From: Dehalococcoidia bacterium
GTDB lineage: Bacteria; Chloroflexota; Dehalococcoidia; Lucifugimonadales; UBA3495
Length of the DNA stretch: 64,000 bases
Assembly: GCA_965208825.1 (NCBI GenBank)
Contig: CBDBPP010000002.1
Coordinates: 229,854-293,853 of the forward strand
Direction: 5' to 3'
How positions within the stretch are numbered: position 1 is the stretch's first letter; the number at the start of each line of letters is the position of its first letter. The translations under genes were made by a program, and so were the position numbers. Under the pieces are notes generated by a model. That model made no database searches and was not told where the DNA came from. It was given only the letters and a program-made list of their open reading frames with translations. Shown one piece after another: positions 1 through 9,816 of the stretch.

Positions 1-13
1 CTTTGTTCCGGCG

Positions 14-58
14 ATAAAAGGACTCAGCAGCCGGGGCTCTCCCGCTCCTGAGTCCTTT
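14..58 (-). terminator. possible intrinsic terminator downstream of rny
   Basis: On the minus strand a 9-bp stem AGGACTCAG/CTGAGTCCT (plus coords 19-27 and 48-56) is followed by TTTAT. The loop is long (20 nt). It lies about 100 nt after the rny stop. Confidence 0.35.
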
Positions 59-159
59 GTCAGCCGCTCTGTAGCGGGCACCCTGCCGGGCGGATCGGCA
101 GGTATGCCTTCGCTTCCAGGATTTCCCTGTACCAGAATACCAACGGCCGCCTAAGCGAC

Positions 160-1689
160 CTAGCGGGCATACTCCACGCTTCGGGTTTCCCGGATAACAG
201 TGACCTTGATCTGGCCGGGGAATACAAGATCGTCCTCGACCTTGCGGGCGATGTTCCGAGCCAGTGAAGCCGACTTAACGTCGTCCATGTCCTCCGGCTT
301 GACCATCACCCTCACCTCGCGCCCGGCCTGGATCGCGAAGGTGCGCTCCACTCCGTCGAAGCTCGCCGCCACGTCCTCCAGATCCCTGAGCCGCTTGACG
401 TAGTGCTCCAGCGACTCCTTACGGGCTCCGGGCCGTGCCGCGCTGATGGCATCCGCAGCGGCAACGAGGAATGACTCGACCGTCTCGTGTTCGTCCCAGT
501 GATGCTCCAGGATTCCGCGGTACGAACTGTGGTTGATACCGTGCCTCTTGGCGATCTCGGCTCCGATCTCCGCGTGGGGGCCCGAGACCTCGTGGGTCAG
601 CGCCTTTCCGACGTCGTGAAGCAGGCCGCCTACCTTGGCAACCTGCACATTGGCGCCGGATTCGGCTGCCAGCATGCCCGCCAGCAGTCCCACTTCGACC
701 GAGTGCTGCAGCACGTTCTCGCCATAACTGTAGCGGTACTTGAGCTGCCCCAGCAGTCTGACCAGCTCCCGGTCGAGGCCACTAACCCCGACGTCAAAGG
801 TGGCCTGTTCCCCGGCCTTCGTGATCGTCTGTTCGATCTCGTTGTGGGACCGGTTGACCATGTCCTCGATCCGCGCTGGCTGGATGCGCCCGTCTGAGAC
901 CAGCTTCTCCAGTGCCAGTTTGGCAATCTCCCTTCGCACCGGATCGAAGCACGATACGGTTACCGCTTCGGGAGTGTCGTCAATGATTATGTCCACCCCG
1001 GTCAGTGACTCCAGGGTGCGAATGTTGCGTCCTTCGCGACCGATGAGACGACCCTTCATCTCATCGTTGGGCAGGGAAACAATGGATGTCGTACTTTCCG
1101 ACACCACGTCTGAGGCCAGTCGGTTGATGGCAACTGCTATGATTTTCCGTGCATTCTCGTCGGCGCGGTCCTTGTAGTCCCGTTCCAGATCGTAGTATCT
1201 GCGGGAAAGGTCGTGCTGAGCGTCCTCCTCACCCCGCTTTACCACGGCCTCACGGGCTTCCTCGACACTCAGGCCGGCGATCGTCTCCAGTGCTTGTGTT
1301 TGCTTGACCTTTAGCTCATCAACCTCTCTGCGGGAATCCTCGATTTCCGTTTCTTTATCGGCCAGTTCGGCCTGTCGCTTGTCCTGCGCCTCAATCTTGC
1401 GTTCCAGTTGCTCCTCCCGCTGCATGTGCCTGTCCTCAAGGCGGGTGAGCTCCCGGCGTTGCTCCTTGACTTCCGACTCGGCCTCGTTGCGTAGTTTGAG
1501 GGCCTCCTCCTGTGCCGCCAGGATTACGTTTCTGCTCTCTTCCTGGGCCTGCGCGGCAAGGTCTCCGGCGGTCTGGCTGGCAAGTGCCAGCCTCGATGCC
1601 TCAGCCCTCTGCCTCAGTCCGAGCCAAGCTGCTATCCCTAGCCCAAGGGCCGCAAGGACGGCGAGAACAGCGATTACAACTACCGTCAT
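160..1689 (-). CDS. rny: ribonuclease Y
   Basis: N-terminal TM helix VVVIAVLAVLAALGLGIAAWLG, a long coiled-coil, KH motif LIGREGRNIRTLESLTGVDIIID and HD domain HSVEVG...LLHDVGKA. ATG at 1689 (MTVVV) is preceded by GGAAAGG. The 36 upstream codons of the track ORF look non-coding. Confidence 0.9.
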   Translation of the reverse strand: MTVVVIAVLAVLAALGLGIAAWLGLRQRAEASRLALASQTAGDLAAQAQEESRNVILAAQEEALKLRNEAESEVKEQRRELTRLEDRHMQREEQLERKIEAQDKRQAELADKETEIEDSRREVDELKVKQTQALETIAGLSVEEAREAVVKRGEEDAQHDLSRRYYDLERDYKDRADENARKIIAVAINRLASDVVSESTTSIVSLPNDEMKGRLIGREGRNIRTLESLTGVDIIIDDTPEAVTVSCFDPVRREIAKLALEKLVSDGRIQPARIEDMVNRSHNEIEQTITKAGEQATFDVGVSGLDRELVRLLGQLKYRYSYGENVLQHSVEVGLLAGMLAAESGANVQVAKVGGLLHDVGKALTHEVSGPHAEIGAEIAKRHGINHSSYRGILEHHWDEHETVESFLVAAADAISAARPGARKESLEHYVKRLRDLEDVAASFDGVERTFAIQAGREVRVMVKPEDMDDVKSASLARNIARKVEDDLVFPGQIKVTVIRETRSVEYAR

Positions 1690-1820
1690 AACACCTTTCC
1701 CTTTCCGCCTGTTACGCCCGATCAGGAGCAATCCCCTAAGGGGTTTTTGGACTTTGCTCCTATTTTGAATCCTACCGACAGGCAGTCGAAGTGTCAAGGA
1801 CGGTCGAATGCCTTCAGGGT

Positions 1821-1855
1821 CTTTCGCTTATTGCAAACTCCGGTCCGTCATTCCC
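1821..1855. repeat. partial copy of the composite repeat (family D left arm)
   Basis: CTTTCGCTTATTGCAAACTCCGGTCCGTCATTCCC shares the CTTTCG..ATTGCAAACT..GTCATTCC core with copies at 26681, 42853, 42974 and 43894. Confidence 0.6.
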
Positions 1856-2160
1856 GTCCTCTCCCGTAATTGTTATGAAATTAGCCTTACCTAGGCCGTG
1901 AAAGAGCTTCCCTGAAGGGGCGTACTCCAGAGCCTGTCGACGGGCGTGCGCCCATTTTCATCCCCATTCGTGGCCCACAGGGCCAAAGGCCATTCCAAAC
2001 GCTTTCCCTCTGGCCACCGTTCCTTGCCCGGACCCCTGGCCGGGGGCGTCGCTGTTGGGGCGAGTTGGCGGTCGCTGTTCGCCCCATGGCCCCGAAATGC
2101 CACCCTACGGGCTTCGATTCCCCGTTACGTCCAATTTGCCAAACCTTCTACTTTCGCAAC

Positions 2161-2184
2161 CTTGAGTGACTACCGGGACTCAAT
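2161..2184. promoter_or_regulatory. HAIR-like inverted repeat upstream of dnaJ (candidate HspR-type operator)
   Basis: CTTGAGT-N10-ACTCAA lies 55 nt upstream of the dnaJ ATG. The HspR consensus is CTTGAGT-N7-ACTCAAG, so the half-sites match but the spacing does not. Confidence 0.25.
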
Positions 2185-2238
2185 TACAATAACTGTGAGT
2201 GTGCCCATTATCGCTGAACCGGGTTTGGGTATTGATTA

Positions 2239-3447
2239 ATGGCTGACCAAGACTATTACACCCTCCTTGGCGTTGCCAGGAACGCCAGCGACGAGGATAT
2301 CCGTCGTGCCTTCCGACGCAAGGCCATGGAGTATCACCCTGATCGCAACAAGAACCCCGATGCCGAGGAGCGGTTCAAGGAAATTAACGAAGCCTACCAG
2401 GTCCTCTCTGATTCCAGTAAGCGCGTTCAGTACGACCGTTTCGGCAAGGCTGGGGTCGGCGCGGGTTCCCGTTCCGGCGGCAGCCCCTTTGAAGGCTTCG
2501 AGGGTTTTGGAGGATTCGGAGACATCTTCGATTCCTTCTTCGGGGGCGCAGGTACCAGAACAGCCCGGCAGCCTCGCCGGGGCAGCGACCTACAGCACCA
2601 GGTCACACTGAGCTTCGAAGAGTCCGTGTTCGGAGCGGAGCGTGAAATCGACATCAACCGCCTCGAGATTTGCCAGCATTGCTCCGGTGCAGGGAACCAG
2701 CCGGGCACCAGCGTTGACACCTGCTCCGATTGCCGGGGCAGCGGTCAGGTGCGCCGCTCCCAGCGCAGCGTATTCGGCCAGTTCACTCAGGTGGCCAGCT
2801 GCCCCACTTGCCGCGGCAGGGGCAGCATCATCAACAATCCCTGCGCCTCCTGCAGGGGAACTGGCAGGGAACGCCGTAAGCGCAGAATCGAGGTCAAGAT
2901 TCCCGGTGGCGTAGAGAGCGGCATGCAGGTCCGGCTTAACGGGGAAGGAGACGTCGGCACCGATGGCGGTGGCTCCGGCAACCTCTACGTTGGCGTTGGT
3001 GTCTTGGAACACAACCTCTTTCATCGCGATGGAGCAGACATCATTTTTACACTGCCCCTGAACATAGCCGAGGCCGCCCTCGGGGTGGAAAAAACCGTCC
3101 CCACCGTCGACGGCTTCGATGAGGACCTCAAGCTCCCGCAGGGGACCCAGCCAGGGGCCGAGTTCCGTATCCGCAACCGGGGCGTTCCCCACCTGCACTC
3201 CAACCGCCGGGGCGACATGCGGGTTCTGGTCGACGTCAGGGTGCCCAGTTCCCTCAGCGCCCATCAGCGGGAACTAATGGAGCAGCTCGCCAGTTCTTTC
3301 AATGGCGACAGGCCGGGATCCACCCGGGCCGCCAGGAAGAACAAACGCTCCGGGAAGAAGGTCGATCCGGACCCGGCCCAGAACGGGACAGGCGAAGACG
3401 ATTCGGAAGAAAAGGGCCTGTTCGATCGCATCAAGGATGCCTTCTAG
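2239..3447 (+). CDS. dnaJ: molecular chaperone DnaJ
   Basis: J domain with HPD ([29 protein letters not shown]), a G/F-rich linker and four CxxCxGxG zinc motifs ([32 protein letters not shown]). Confidence 0.95.
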   Translation: MADQDYYTLLGVARNASDEDIRRAFRRKAMEYHPDRNKNPDAEERFKEINEAYQVLSDSSKRVQYDRFGKAGVGAGSRSGGSPFEGFEGFGGFGDIFDSFFGGAGTRTARQPRRGSDLQHQVTLSFEESVFGAEREIDINRLEICQHCSGAGNQPGTSVDTCSDCRGSGQVRRSQRSVFGQFTQVASCPTCRGRGSIINNPCASCRGTGRERRKRRIEVKIPGGVESGMQVRLNGEGDVGTDGGGSGNLYVGVGVLEHNLFHRDGADIIFTLPLNIAEAALGVEKTVPTVDGFDEDLKLPQGTQPGAEFRIRNRGVPHLHSNRRGDMRVLVDVRVPSSLSAHQRELMEQLASSFNGDRPGSTRAARKNKRSGKKVDPDPAQNGTGEDDSEEKGLFDRIKDAF

Positions 3448-3539
3448 CTCGGTCCGCAAACGTTGCTTACCAGCCGTACCCAAGCCCCATCGCCGTCCGG
3501 GTTCATCAGGCGCCGGACCGCGACTCCCGGAGTCACCCC

Positions 3540-4412
3540 ATGTCATGGATGGAGCTGAGCATCTCCGTTCCCCACGAATACGTGGAACCCATTTCCTACC
3601 TGTTCAGCCGGTATGGCAGGGGGCTCAGCACTGAGCCCCAGGGATCCGGCCGGGTAATGCTGCGCACCTACCTCGAATCCGGCTCTCGCCAGCGGTTGGC
3701 CCGAATCGACGTCGGGGTAAGGTTGGTGGCCTCGGTCGGGGAACTGGGAGAACTCGTCGTCCGCGATCTTGATGACGATGAAGACTGGCAGAACAATTGG
3801 AAAGAGCACTACGATGCGCTCCCCGTCGGCGAACGGCTGATGATCAAGCCCACCTGGGTAGACCTGGCTCCTGAGGAGATTAAGGACAGGATTGTCATCG
3901 AGCTCGATCCGGGCATCGCCTTCGGCACCGGCTATCACCCCACCACCTACACCTGCCTGGAGGCTTTGGAGGAGCTGGTGCAGCCCCAGACCACCGTTCT
4001 CGACCTGGGTTGCGGATCGGGCATCCTCAGCATCGCCGCGGTCCTTCTGGGGGCACCGTCGGTCGTCGCGCTGGACATCGACGGTCAGGCCGTCTCTGCG
4101 GCTCGCCGGAACTTTCGTCGCCTCCGACTCCACGACCGCATAACTTTGGCCAAGGGCTCTGTCCCTCACCCACTCGCTCCGGATGCTTCCATAGATCTGG
4201 CGGTGGCCAACATCTCGGCCCGGGGTGTCGCGGACCGCTCTCCCTTCCTCCAGCGGTCGATCCGTCCGGGCGGCATGCTCATCGCCTCCGGTTTGCTGGC
4301 CACCCAGCGCGCCGAGGTGGACGACGCCGTCATGGGCCTCGGTTTCACCCCGGAACTTGAGTGGCCCCGCGACGAGTGGCTGACCCTGGGCTACCGCCGT
4401 CCCGTCGATTAG
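3540..4412 (+). CDS. prmA: ribosomal protein L11 methyltransferase
   Basis: DWQNNWKEHY motif and SAM-binding LDLGCGSGILSIAA. It sits in the conserved position after dnaJ. Confidence 0.88.
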   Translation: MSWMELSISVPHEYVEPISYLFSRYGRGLSTEPQGSGRVMLRTYLESGSRQRLARIDVGVRLVASVGELGELVVRDLDDDEDWQNNWKEHYDALPVGERLMIKPTWVDLAPEEIKDRIVIELDPGIAFGTGYHPTTYTCLEALEELVQPQTTVLDLGCGSGILSIAAVLLGAPSVVALDIDGQAVSAARRNFRRLRLHDRITLAKGSVPHPLAPDASIDLAVANISARGVADRSPFLQRSIRPGGMLIASGLLATQRAEVDDAVMGLGFTPELEWPRDEWLTLGYRRPVD

Positions 4413-4500
4413 TCCGTTACCTGCTGTTCCCCCTGACCGGCTACAGGGTAATCTCGCCTTAATTGATTCAGATCTGCCCACGACCGTAATTCTCGCCCCC

Positions 4501-4530
4501 AACCCGTCATTCCCGCGAAAGCGGGAATCC
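4501..4530. repeat. family A hairpin repeat (ATTCCCGC-GAAA-GCGGGAAT)
   Basis: Perfect 8-bp stem with a GAAA loop, preceded by CCGTC. The same unit recurs at 32381, 38335, 46021 and 53804. Confidence 0.8.
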
Positions 4531-4575
4531 AGAGCGTTTTGGCAATTGTTGGCATTCCGGTTCCAAGGCTGGGTA

Positions 4576-4600
4576 GATTCCCTCTTTATGAGGGAATGAC
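4576..4600. repeat. family A-related hairpin (ATTCCCTC-TTTAT-GAGGGAAT)
   Basis: Variant hairpin in the opposite orientation. It reads GTCATTCCCTC on the minus strand. Confidence 0.6.
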
Positions 4601-4757
4601 TGATAAACGAGCATCACGACTTTAGGACGCAACCGTCCTGCAACCCGGCAGGTTTCAGTTGCATTCGGTCAGACCCCGTCGTAACATCTTCCGTGGACCG
4701 GCGGTCATCCGGTAAGGATGGCTCCCGGCGGGCGCAGTTGCGGTCGGGAGGCCGCCA

Positions 4758-5777
4758 TTGGTGGAAAAGGTAGACCTCCACAGATATGAAATCTCCGGCC
4801 GTCTCGGCTCCGGGGCGGACTACGATGTCCGCGCTGCCATAGACCGGGACACGGGAGCCGAGGTCGCCTTGAAACGCCCAGTGCCCCAGGCGGTGAGCCG
4901 GAGGCAGCACGCTGCCATAGAGGGCCGTACCGAAAGACTTCTCGTGGCATACGACAAGTGCGGCGACGCCGGCGGGTTGCTGGCGCCGTTGCTCGGGTAC
5001 ACCGATTGCGCGGTCCACGACGACTTTTTCGGAGACGACCTCGGCGAACCCTATACCGTTTTCGTCCAGGTTCGCGCACCGGGAATTCCCCTGCTGGGAG
5101 ACATGATGTCCCGTTTCACAGGCGTTCCCATCGGTGCGGGGCAGAACCTCTTTGCCACTTTTCCCCTGGTGCCGGCCCGGGACGCGCCTCCCCTCCCCCT
5201 GCACAACCAGCTGCTGGACCTGGAGGAACAATTCCTGAATGCCGGCTACATCCTCATGGACCTTAGGCCGCAGAACGTGTTCTATCGGCCGGCGTCATGC
5301 AGGCTACAGGTCATCGACACCGGGGCATTGGCCGGGGTTGACGACCCTGCACCCAGGGGCCGTCCTCCCCTTGACGTTAATGATGCCTGCCTGGAACTGC
5401 TCAAGTTCTACACCACCGCGGAGCGCCCTCCCCTGGAGGCCGCCGGTTACCGCGATGCCAGGGGAGTCCGGCCCATCGTCAATATTCAGCAGGAGCTGGA
5501 CGAGATACGCCGCAGACTCCTGGATGCCGGGGACGGTGCACAGGCCGCCGGGGAGACCATTCTCGAAAAGATAGGCACTCGCGCTTACGTGGACTACGCT
5601 CAGTTTCGCTCCGATCTTTGCTGCTTTCTCCAGGCCGTTTCCGAGCGAAACCGGACTTTGCCGGAGTGGGACGGCGCACAGGCTGCCTGGCGGGAGGCGC
5701 TGGACTGGCTGCGGGAGGATTACTGGACCCGCTTCCTGTTCGACGCCGAGTCGGAACTGGCTGCCTTTGATCCCTGA
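4758..5777 (+). CDS. atypical protein-kinase-like protein
   Basis: Degenerate kinase landmarks appear in the right order: GRLGSGADYDV (Gly loop), VALKRP (VAIK-like Lys), LMDLRPQN (catalytic-loop-like) and VIDTG (DFG-like). GGGAGG lies 6 nt before the TTG at 4758, and GTG 4761 is also possible. Confidence 0.6.
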   Translation: MVEKVDLHRYEISGRLGSGADYDVRAAIDRDTGAEVALKRPVPQAVSRRQHAAIEGRTERLLVAYDKCGDAGGLLAPLLGYTDCAVHDDFFGDDLGEPYTVFVQVRAPGIPLLGDMMSRFTGVPIGAGQNLFATFPLVPARDAPPLPLHNQLLDLEEQFLNAGYILMDLRPQNVFYRPASCRLQVIDTGALAGVDDPAPRGRPPLDVNDACLELLKFYTTAERPPLEAAGYRDARGVRPIVNIQQELDEIRRRLLDAGDGAQAAGETILEKIGTRAYVDYAQFRSDLCCFLQAVSERNRTLPEWDGAQAAWREALDWLREDYWTRFLFDAESELAAFDP

Positions 5778-5877
5778 GGGTGAAAGAGGCCCGGGCCGTA
5801 GATTCTCGGTCAGTCCCGTACCTCCGGCTCGTGTATACCAGGGTAGCAATCAAATAGGAAATATAGAGGAAATTTCC

Positions 5878-6555
5878 ATGGTTGCCAGCACATTTTCAAC
5901 GTTGATAGACAATTCCGCACACGGCGAGGACAGTCTGCTGACCCGCGACCTTGGCAACGGGGACTTCCTCGACGTCGTAATGGACGGCGTCACCGGCCAC
6001 GGCGGGGCCGACGCCAGCAGGGAGTTGGCCGAGGCCCTGGCAGCCTGCCCCGCCGATACCATCGACGACATCGCCTCCACAATCAGCGAGGTGAACGATG
6101 AGTTCTTTGGAGTGGGAGGAGGGCGATTCCTGCTTACTACCGTCTCCGCCGCCCTCTTCCGCGGCGGTCGCCTGTATGTTACTGCAGCCGGGGACAGCCC
6201 CATCGTCATGATAACGCCCGATTCCCATGAGCGTCTCTGCGGAAGGACCGGAGGATTCCTGCACGTGGGCGTCGCAAAGGCCATAGGGGCCGCCGAATCC
6301 CTTGCCCAGATGACCCAGCGGGACCTGACGGTTCAGTCGGGCTCCCGGCTGGTCCTGGCCACCGACGGTATCACCGACAACATGGATATCGGCGAGCTGG
6401 CAGACATCGTCCGCCACTCCGTCACACCCGATGAGGCCACCGCCCGCATCGAGGAAATCATTGCCGGCCGGTTGGTGGAGGGCAGGGTGCCTGAAAAGCT
6501 GGGAGTCCGCTTCCGGTACGACGATCGCACCCTGATTATCCGGTTCTTTGACTAG
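5878..6555 (+). CDS. PP2C-family serine/threonine phosphatase
   Basis: Metal-binding motifs HGEDS, VVMDGVTGHGG and LVLATDGITDN. ATG 5878 follows GAGGAA. The track ORF start at 5767 overlaps the upstream gene. Confidence 0.75.
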   Translation: MVASTFSTLIDNSAHGEDSLLTRDLGNGDFLDVVMDGVTGHGGADASRELAEALAACPADTIDDIASTISEVNDEFFGVGGGRFLLTTVSAALFRGGRLYVTAAGDSPIVMITPDSHERLCGRTGGFLHVGVAKAIGAAESLAQMTQRDLTVQSGSRLVLATDGITDNMDIGELADIVRHSVTPDEATARIEEIIAGRLVEGRVPEKLGVRFRYDDRTLIIRFFD

Positions 6556-6661
6556 CATGGAGGCTGCCGCGCTCATCGCGCTCCCCTCGCACCCGTTCCG
6601 CCCATCCAGCCGTTTCAGCGGTCGAGGCCGCCCCCTGAACTTGTAGGCCGGGGCCGCGGAT

Positions 6662-6670
6662 TGATACAAT
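6662..6670 (+). promoter_or_regulatory. candidate extended -10 promoter for the ino1 operon
   Basis: TGATACAAT (TG-N-TACAAT) lies about 120 nt upstream of the ino1 GTG. Confidence 0.25.
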
Positions 6671-6789
6671 CGCAAGGTTAAATCGGTCCCGGTGGCGCCG
6701 GTCTCAGGGAACGGCGCCGGTCATCTCGTTTTCTTCCGGTCTTCCACGGAGCCTTCCGGAACAACTGTCGCAGCTAAAGGAGCCACCCA

Positions 6790-7911
6790 GTGGGGAAAAT
6801 TAACGTAGCCATCATCGGCGTGGGCAACTGCGCCTCATCTCTGGTGCAGGGCCTGCACAGGTACGTGGAAGTACCTCAGGACGAAGCCGTATCCGGCCTG
6901 ATGCACAACACCATCGGCGGCTATCGCATCGAGGACATCGAGGTCGTAGCCGCCTTTGATGTAGACGAGAACAAAGTGGGCCTCGACCTGTCCGAGGCCA
7001 TCTTTACGCAGCCCAACAACACCCTGAAATTCTCCGATGTCCCCTCCACCGGCGTGAAGGTGGAACGGGGCATGACCCACGACGGTATCGGCCGCTACGT
7101 TTCCCACCTCGTGAAGAAGTCCCCCCACTCAACCTCGGACATCACCGGTATCCTTCGCGACCGGGAGGTGGACGTGGTCATCAACTACCTCCCCGTTGGC
7201 AGTGAACAGGCAACCAAGTGGTACGTGGAGCACATCCTTAACGCCCGGTGCGCCATGGTCAACTGCATTCCCGTGTTCCTCGCCCGTGAACAGTACTGGC
7301 GCAACCGGTTCGAGGAGCGGGGCGTTCCCATCATCGGCGACGATATCAAGTCCCAGTTGGGCGCCACCATCACTCACCGCGTGCTCACCAGGCTCTTCGA
7401 GGACCGGGGAGTCGAACTGGAGAACACTTACCAGCTCAATTTCGGCGGCAATACCGACTTCCTGAACATGCTGGAAAGAGAGCGCCTGACCTCCAAGAAG
7501 ATCTCGAAGACCAGCGCGGTTACCTCTCAGCTGGACGAAGAGATTGACCCGGACAGCATCCACGTCGGCCCCAGCGACCATGTACCCTGGTTGAAAGACC
7601 GCAAGTGGTGCTACATCAGGATGGAGGGCCGCATCTTCGGCGGCGCGCCCATCAGCCTGGAAGCCAAGCTGGAGGTGTGGGACAGCCCCAACTCCGCAGG
7701 TGTTGTGGTGGACGCTATCCGCTGCGCCAAGCTCGCCATGGATCGCGGGGAGGCCGGCGCCGTCGTTGGCCCCAGCGCCTATTTCATGAAGTCGCCGCCT
7801 ATTCAATACACCGATGATCAGGCCAGGGACCTGACCGATGCCTTTATCGTTGGGGACGGCGTCAAGCCCAGCCCGAACAGGGCTGAGGAGGACACTGAAC
7901 CCGGGAGCTAG
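6790..7911 (+). CDS. ino1: inositol-3-phosphate synthase
   Basis: Rossmann N-terminus [17 protein letters not shown], plus [17 protein letters not shown] and [11 protein letters not shown], typical of prokaryotic myo-inositol-1-phosphate synthases. GTG start with AAGGAG 8 nt upstream. Confidence 0.9.
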   Translation: MGKINVAIIGVGNCASSLVQGLHRYVEVPQDEAVSGLMHNTIGGYRIEDIEVVAAFDVDENKVGLDLSEAIFTQPNNTLKFSDVPSTGVKVERGMTHDGIGRYVSHLVKKSPHSTSDITGILRDREVDVVINYLPVGSEQATKWYVEHILNARCAMVNCIPVFLAREQYWRNRFEERGVPIIGDDIKSQLGATITHRVLTRLFEDRGVELENTYQLNFGGNTDFLNMLERERLTSKKISKTSAVTSQLDEEIDPDSIHVGPSDHVPWLKDRKWCYIRMEGRIFGGAPISLEAKLEVWDSPNSAGVVVDAIRCAKLAMDRGEAGAVVGPSAYFMKSPPIQYTDDQARDLTDAFIVGDGVKPSPNRAEEDTEPGS

Positions 7912-7944
7912 GAACCCGGGACCGGTGTTTCCTCGCTGGGAGGT

Positions 7945-9093
7945 GTGCCATTGAAGATTGCCCTGGTGTCGCCATACGACTTCACCTGGCCGGGTGGCGT
8001 TACCATCCATGTCTCCCAGCTGGCGAGGGAACTGTGCCGCTCCGGCCATGAGGTGCAGGTCCTCGCCCCCCACTCCCCCTCCCGCGAAAGCCAGGACCAG
8101 GACCTGCTGGTTCCCCTGGGGCGGTCGGTGCCCCTGCCCAGCGGAGGTTCCATCGCTCGTGTTTCTCTCTCCTGGTGGCTCGCCCGTAAAATTCGCGCCC
8201 TCCTCAACCGGGAACAGTACGACATTATCCACCTTCACGAGCCCATGGCTCCCATTCTCCCCCTGACCGTTCTCGAGTACTCCAACACGGTCAACGTCGG
8301 CACCTTCCACGCCTGCCACAACCGGCATCACCTCTACCGGATGAGCCAGCCGGTCATAAAGAGATGGCACCAGCGTCTTCACGGCAATATCGCAGTCTCC
8401 CAGGCCGCACGGCATTATGTGAACTCCACCTTCCCAGGGAAATACGAAATCATCCCCAACGGCATCGATGTCGAACATTTCTCCCAGGAAGCGGAGCCGT
8501 GGCCCCAGTATCAGGACGGCAAGACAAACATTATCTTCGTCGGCCGTCTTGAAAAGAGGAAAGGACTCCGTTATCTGCTGGAGGCCTATGGACGGCTGAA
8601 ATGGGACCTGCCCAATCTGCGGCTTCTCGTGGTGGGTCCTGGCAACCCCGACAAGGACTCCTACCAGGTGCTCGGGGCCCGGAACCTGCAGGACGTGGAG
8701 TTCCTGGGCCGGGTCCCCTACGAGGACCTTCCTCGCTATTACGCCTCCGCCGACATCTTCTGCTCGCCCGCCACCGGGGCGGAGAGTTTCGGCATCGTGC
8801 TGCTGGAGGCCATGGCCGCCGGAAAGCCCGTGGTCGCCTCGGATATCGAGGGCTACCGCGGCGTGCTCACCGAGGGTCAGGAGGGGCTGCTGTTTCGCAA
8901 CAAGGACATTGAGTCCCTGGCCAACGCCCTGGAAACACTGGTCCGCGATCCCGAGTTGCGGCAAGCCATGGGCCAGCGGGGGCGCGTTACTGCGGAAAGG
9001 CACCGCTGGCCGGAGGTTGCCCGTCAGGTTGAGCAATACTACGAGTTGTGCCTCCGGGAGGTGTATGGCACTGCTGGACCGCGAGCAACTTAG
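7945..9093 (+). CDS. GT4 glycosyltransferase, PimA-like (phosphatidylinositol mannosyltransferase-like)
   Basis: Collinear with mycobacterial PimA as I remember it: KIALVSPYDF..PGGV..HV.QLA, HLHEP.AP, IPNG.DV and the E-x7-E motif ESFGIVLLEAMAAGKPVVASD. TTG 7951 (MKIALV) is a better-spaced alternative start. Confidence 0.85.
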   Translation: MPLKIALVSPYDFTWPGGVTIHVSQLARELCRSGHEVQVLAPHSPSRESQDQDLLVPLGRSVPLPSGGSIARVSLSWWLARKIRALLNREQYDIIHLHEPMAPILPLTVLEYSNTVNVGTFHACHNRHHLYRMSQPVIKRWHQRLHGNIAVSQAARHYVNSTFPGKYEIIPNGIDVEHFSQEAEPWPQYQDGKTNIIFVGRLEKRKGLRYLLEAYGRLKWDLPNLRLLVVGPGNPDKDSYQVLGARNLQDVEFLGRVPYEDLPRYYASADIFCSPATGAESFGIVLLEAMAAGKPVVASDIEGYRGVLTEGQEGLLFRNKDIESLANALETLVRDPELRQAMGQRGRVTAERHRWPEVARQVEQYYELCLREVYGTAGPRAT

Positions 9094-9688
9094 GGGCGCC
9101 GTCCGCAGCTACTTCGAGGAACCCGGCGCCCGTATTTTCCGGGCTCTGGGGTTCACTCCAAACGCCATAACCCTTTTGGGCTTTGCCGTCTGCGTAGTGT
9201 CCGCCTGCCTTGTGGCGCAGGGCTGGCTGGTCTTGGGGGGCGCGGTTTTCCTCGCAGGCGGCATCCTGGACCTCTTCGATGGCGCGCTCGCGCGCCTCAC
9301 CGGGCGCGACTCCCCCTTCGGCGCATTGCTCGATTCCGTTTTCGACCGCCTTGGTGAGGCCGCCCTTTTCGTGGGACTGGCCGTGTTCGCCCTTCGTTCC
9401 GATCAGATCGAGGATTACCGGTCTTTCTTCATCACCGCGCTGTTTCTGGCCCTGGTCTTTTCCCAAGGCGTCAGTTACCTCCGGGCCCGCGGGGAAGGTC
9501 TGGGCGTATTCACCAGGGCCGGGCTGATGACCCGAACGGAAAGGGTGGTCCTCCTGGGCATCGGGCTTCTGCTGGGCTGGATTCCCTGGCTCCTGATGAG
9601 CGTTCTCGTAGCCATCGCGGCCGTCTCCTGTTTCACCCTCTTCCAGCGAATGTTCACCATACGCAGCATGCTCGAGAGGGACGAGTAG
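9065..9688 (+). CDS. CDP-alcohol phosphatidyltransferase (phosphatidylinositol-phosphate synthase-like)
   Basis: Signature D-x2-DG-x2-AR-x8-G-x3-D-x3-D is present as DLFDGALARLTGRDSPFGALLDSVFDRLGE. Multi-TM. ATG 9065 overlaps the end of the GT4 gene by 29 nt. Confidence 0.85.
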   Translation: MALLDREQLRGAVRSYFEEPGARIFRALGFTPNAITLLGFAVCVVSACLVAQGWLVLGGAVFLAGGILDLFDGALARLTGRDSPFGALLDSVFDRLGEAALFVGLAVFALRSDQIEDYRSFFITALFLALVFSQGVSYLRARGEGLGVFTRAGLMTRTERVVLLGIGLLLGWIPWLLMSVLVAIAAVSCFTLFQRMFTIRSMLERDE

Positions 9689-9816
9689 CCGGCCCGCCGG
9701 AATTACCAGGGTTACCCCTACTCAGTGCCGCGCTTTATACTTCTCTCAGGCTGGCAAGGCTTCCCCGGCCCGTGTAAACTGGCCCGGAACACCTATCCTC
9801 CACAGGAGCGCTTCCA

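Noticed and set aside
1800-2238. CIRCE (HrcA) operator upstream of dnaJ.
   Set aside because: No TTAGCACTC-N9-GAGTGCTAA-like sequence is present. Only the HAIR-like palindrome is reported.
7129-9036. 635-aa ORF on the minus strand covering ino1 and the GT4 gene.
   Set aside because: It is antisense to two genes with unmistakable family motifs. Its composition is dominated by G, A, V, L, P and R with no recognisable domain, which is the typical open antisense frame of GC-rich DNA. The same reasoning applies to 3543-4502(-), 2590-3264(-), 12109-13152(+) and 14738-15316(+).
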